64,000 nucleotides of DNA. Origin: Ostreococcus lucimarinus (Eukaryota). Positions 62,801 to 64,000 of the stretch are shown one piece after another. The notes beneath the pieces are model-generated. The model saw nothing but the letters and a program-made list of their open reading frames with translations, had not been told where the DNA came from and did not search any database. The translations under genes were made by a program, and so were the position numbers. The DNA lies in assembly GCA_000092065.1 (NCBI GenBank), contig CP000589.1; one strand, written 5' to 3'. Each line of letters opens with the position of its first letter. Position 1 is the first letter of the stretch.

Positions 62801-63982
62801 TCAACGCGCGGGCACAGGGTCTACTTTCGTGTCCGTTTCGACTTTCGCGTTCGGCGATTTTTTCAATTCGAGCAACGCCTCGAAAAATTGCATCACCACG
62901 GCGTCCGGCCAAGGCGCGCCGAACGGCGCTTCTGGACCCGCCTCCCATCCCAAATGACCGCCGCTTTCAGTTTCAAGCAAAATCACATTTGGATTTTCCT
63001 CGATGATCGCGCGAGGGATTGAATCGGCGATGGCGATTGGGTCGTCGCGCGCCTGCACCGTCATCAACGGGACGCGAACGTCGCCAATCTTATTCTTGCT
63101 CCCAGAATATTCGTAATACGCATCCACGGACGGAAATCCGAAAGTAACTCGCGTGATTGCTTCGTCGAAATCCCTCACCGTCTTCGCCGCCTTGACGAGC
63201 TCGGGATTGTACTTCGGTAACCCCGCGAAGAGGTTCTCGTGCGGCGCGAAGAGCTTGCGCATGTTCTTCGCCATGGCTTGACTGTACACTTTACCGAAAA
63301 ACCCACTCTCGAGCGCAGTGTCGCACGCGTTCAAGTCGAACGGATTGCACAGCGCCGCAGCACCGGTGACTTTCGCGTTTTCTCCCTCTTCTCCGAGGAA
63401 ATTCGTCAAAATGTTTGCCCCGAGCGACCAACCGATGGCGAAGAGCGGCGCGTCTGGGTATCGTTCGCGAAGCGTGTTCACGACGTGCCTGATATCGCCC
63501 GTGTACGATGCGCTGTAAAATTGCGGCGTCGTCAGCGGCGATTCCGAGGTGCCGCGGCAGTTGAACGCGACGCATCGAAATCCGCGCGCCCTGGCGCGCT
63601 TTAAAAAATGCTTCAAGTACTTGTCGTGCGACCCGCCGGCGATGCCCGACATCAGCACCAACACCGGCGCGTCGGCGGCGATTCGAGCGTGATGCACCGC
63701 CAACCTTCGACGCACGAGCGCGCTCTGATCGAACACCCGACGCACGAACGGCGGTCCGCGCCGCTCAATCTCGCACGCTTCCTCCCCCGAGTCCTCGTAT
63801 TCGCTCAAATCCGCGTCCCCGTCCACGCTCATCGGCCAGTCCAGGGTCGCGTGTCCGCCGTCCGGCATCGCCAACACCTCCCGCTGATACGCCACGTTCA
63901 AATCCCGCCTGAGCAACGAACTCAAAATCGTGCTCGCGTGCCTATTTTTCAACCACGCGACCGCGTCGTACCCTCGCTCCAA
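62801..63982 (-). CDS. Alpha/beta-hydrolase, ABHD1/ABHD3 (EMB8-like) family
   Basis: PVLVLMSGIAGGSHDKYLKHF, nucleophile elbow GWSLGANIL, catalytic Asp/His context (DDPIAI...GGHLGW). Topology is typical of the ABHD3/yeast Eht1 class. Confidence 0.6.
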   Translation of the reverse strand: MERGYDAVAWLKNRHASTILSSLLRRDLNVAYQREVLAMPDGGHATLDWPMSVDGDADLSEYEDSGEEACEIERRGPPFVRRVFDQSALVRRRLAVHHARIAADAPVLVLMSGIAGGSHDKYLKHFLKRARARGFRCVAFNCRGTSESPLTTPQFYSASYTGDIRHVVNTLRERYPDAPLFAIGWSLGANILTNFLGEEGENAKVTGAAALCNPFDLNACDTALESGFFGKVYSQAMAKNMRKLFAPHENLFAGLPKYNPELVKAAKTVRDFDEAITRVTFGFPSVDAYYEYSGSKNKIGDVRVPLMTVQARDDPIAIADSIPRAIIEENPNVILLETESGGHLGWEAGPEAPFGAPWPDAVVMQFFEALLELKKSPNAKVETDTKVDPVPAR

Positions 63983-64000
63983 GATGGCCCCGCACTTGTC

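Noticed and set aside
1-64000. Interpretation as a bacterial contig with operons (IF-2, IspG, YidD, ProB, SppA and a CGS/CBL-family enzyme are all bacterial-type)
   Set aside because: The same window encodes proteasome RPN1, RFC, BUD31, PQBP1, prefoldin, GAA1, Bud32, Cgi121 and a Rad54-like ATPase. It also has spliceosomal introns with GT-AG boundaries, and the bacterial-type genes carry N-terminal targeting-like extensions. This is a eukaryotic nuclear region encoding organelle proteins.

Overview
This window reads as gene-dense nuclear DNA from a GC-rich, intron-poor photosynthetic eukaryote, not a prokaryotic contig. By eye it is above 60% GC in most places, with strong Ala/Arg codon bias.

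About 40 protein-coding genes sit on both strands, with a median spacing of about 1.5 kb. Many adjacent pairs are head-to-head or tail-to-tail, with only tens of bp between start codons.

The genes are a mix of two kinds. Eukaryote-specific genes include BUD31 (G10), 26S proteasome RPN1, an RFC small subunit, PQBP1, prefoldin-2, Bud32, Cgi121, GAA1, a Rad54-like SNF2 ATPase and RABL3. Bacterial-type genes carry Ala/Arg/Ser/Thr-rich N-terminal presequences, so they are almost certainly nuclear genes for plastid or mitochondrial proteins. These are IF-2, a plant-type IspG/GcpE, YidD, an SppA-like S49 peptidase, Tab2, ProB, COQ3, NDUFA8, a BASS/SBF transporter and a cystathionine gamma-synthase/beta-lyase family enzyme. 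Together with a selenoprotein this fits a prasinophyte-like green picoalga (Micromonas/Ostreococcus-type). That is inference.

The most notable features are:
- A SelU (PRXL2-type) selenoprotein gene whose catalytic Cys codon is an in-frame TGA at 57001-57003. The ORF track splits it into two ORFs.
- A roughly 6 kb lower-GC island (about 20.6-26.8 kb). It holds the only clearly intron-containing genes, which have very short AT-rich introns sharing an AATTAATTATTT-like motif.
- A universal-stress-protein gene with a metallothionein-like Cys-rich N-terminus.
- A (TTTAGGG)3 telomere-type block immediately upstream of a gene.
- Several microsatellite and direct-repeat blocks in 5' leaders.
- Two alpha-solenoid proteins of more than 1600 aa with no assignable function.

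No rRNA, tRNA, CRISPR array or transposon could be supported from the sequence. Many long Arg/Ala-rich ORFs in the track are GC-composition artefacts. The ORF track uses alternative start codons. Where a plausible ATG followed by a presequence was visible I used that as the start. Coordinates placed by eye may be off by 1-2 nt.
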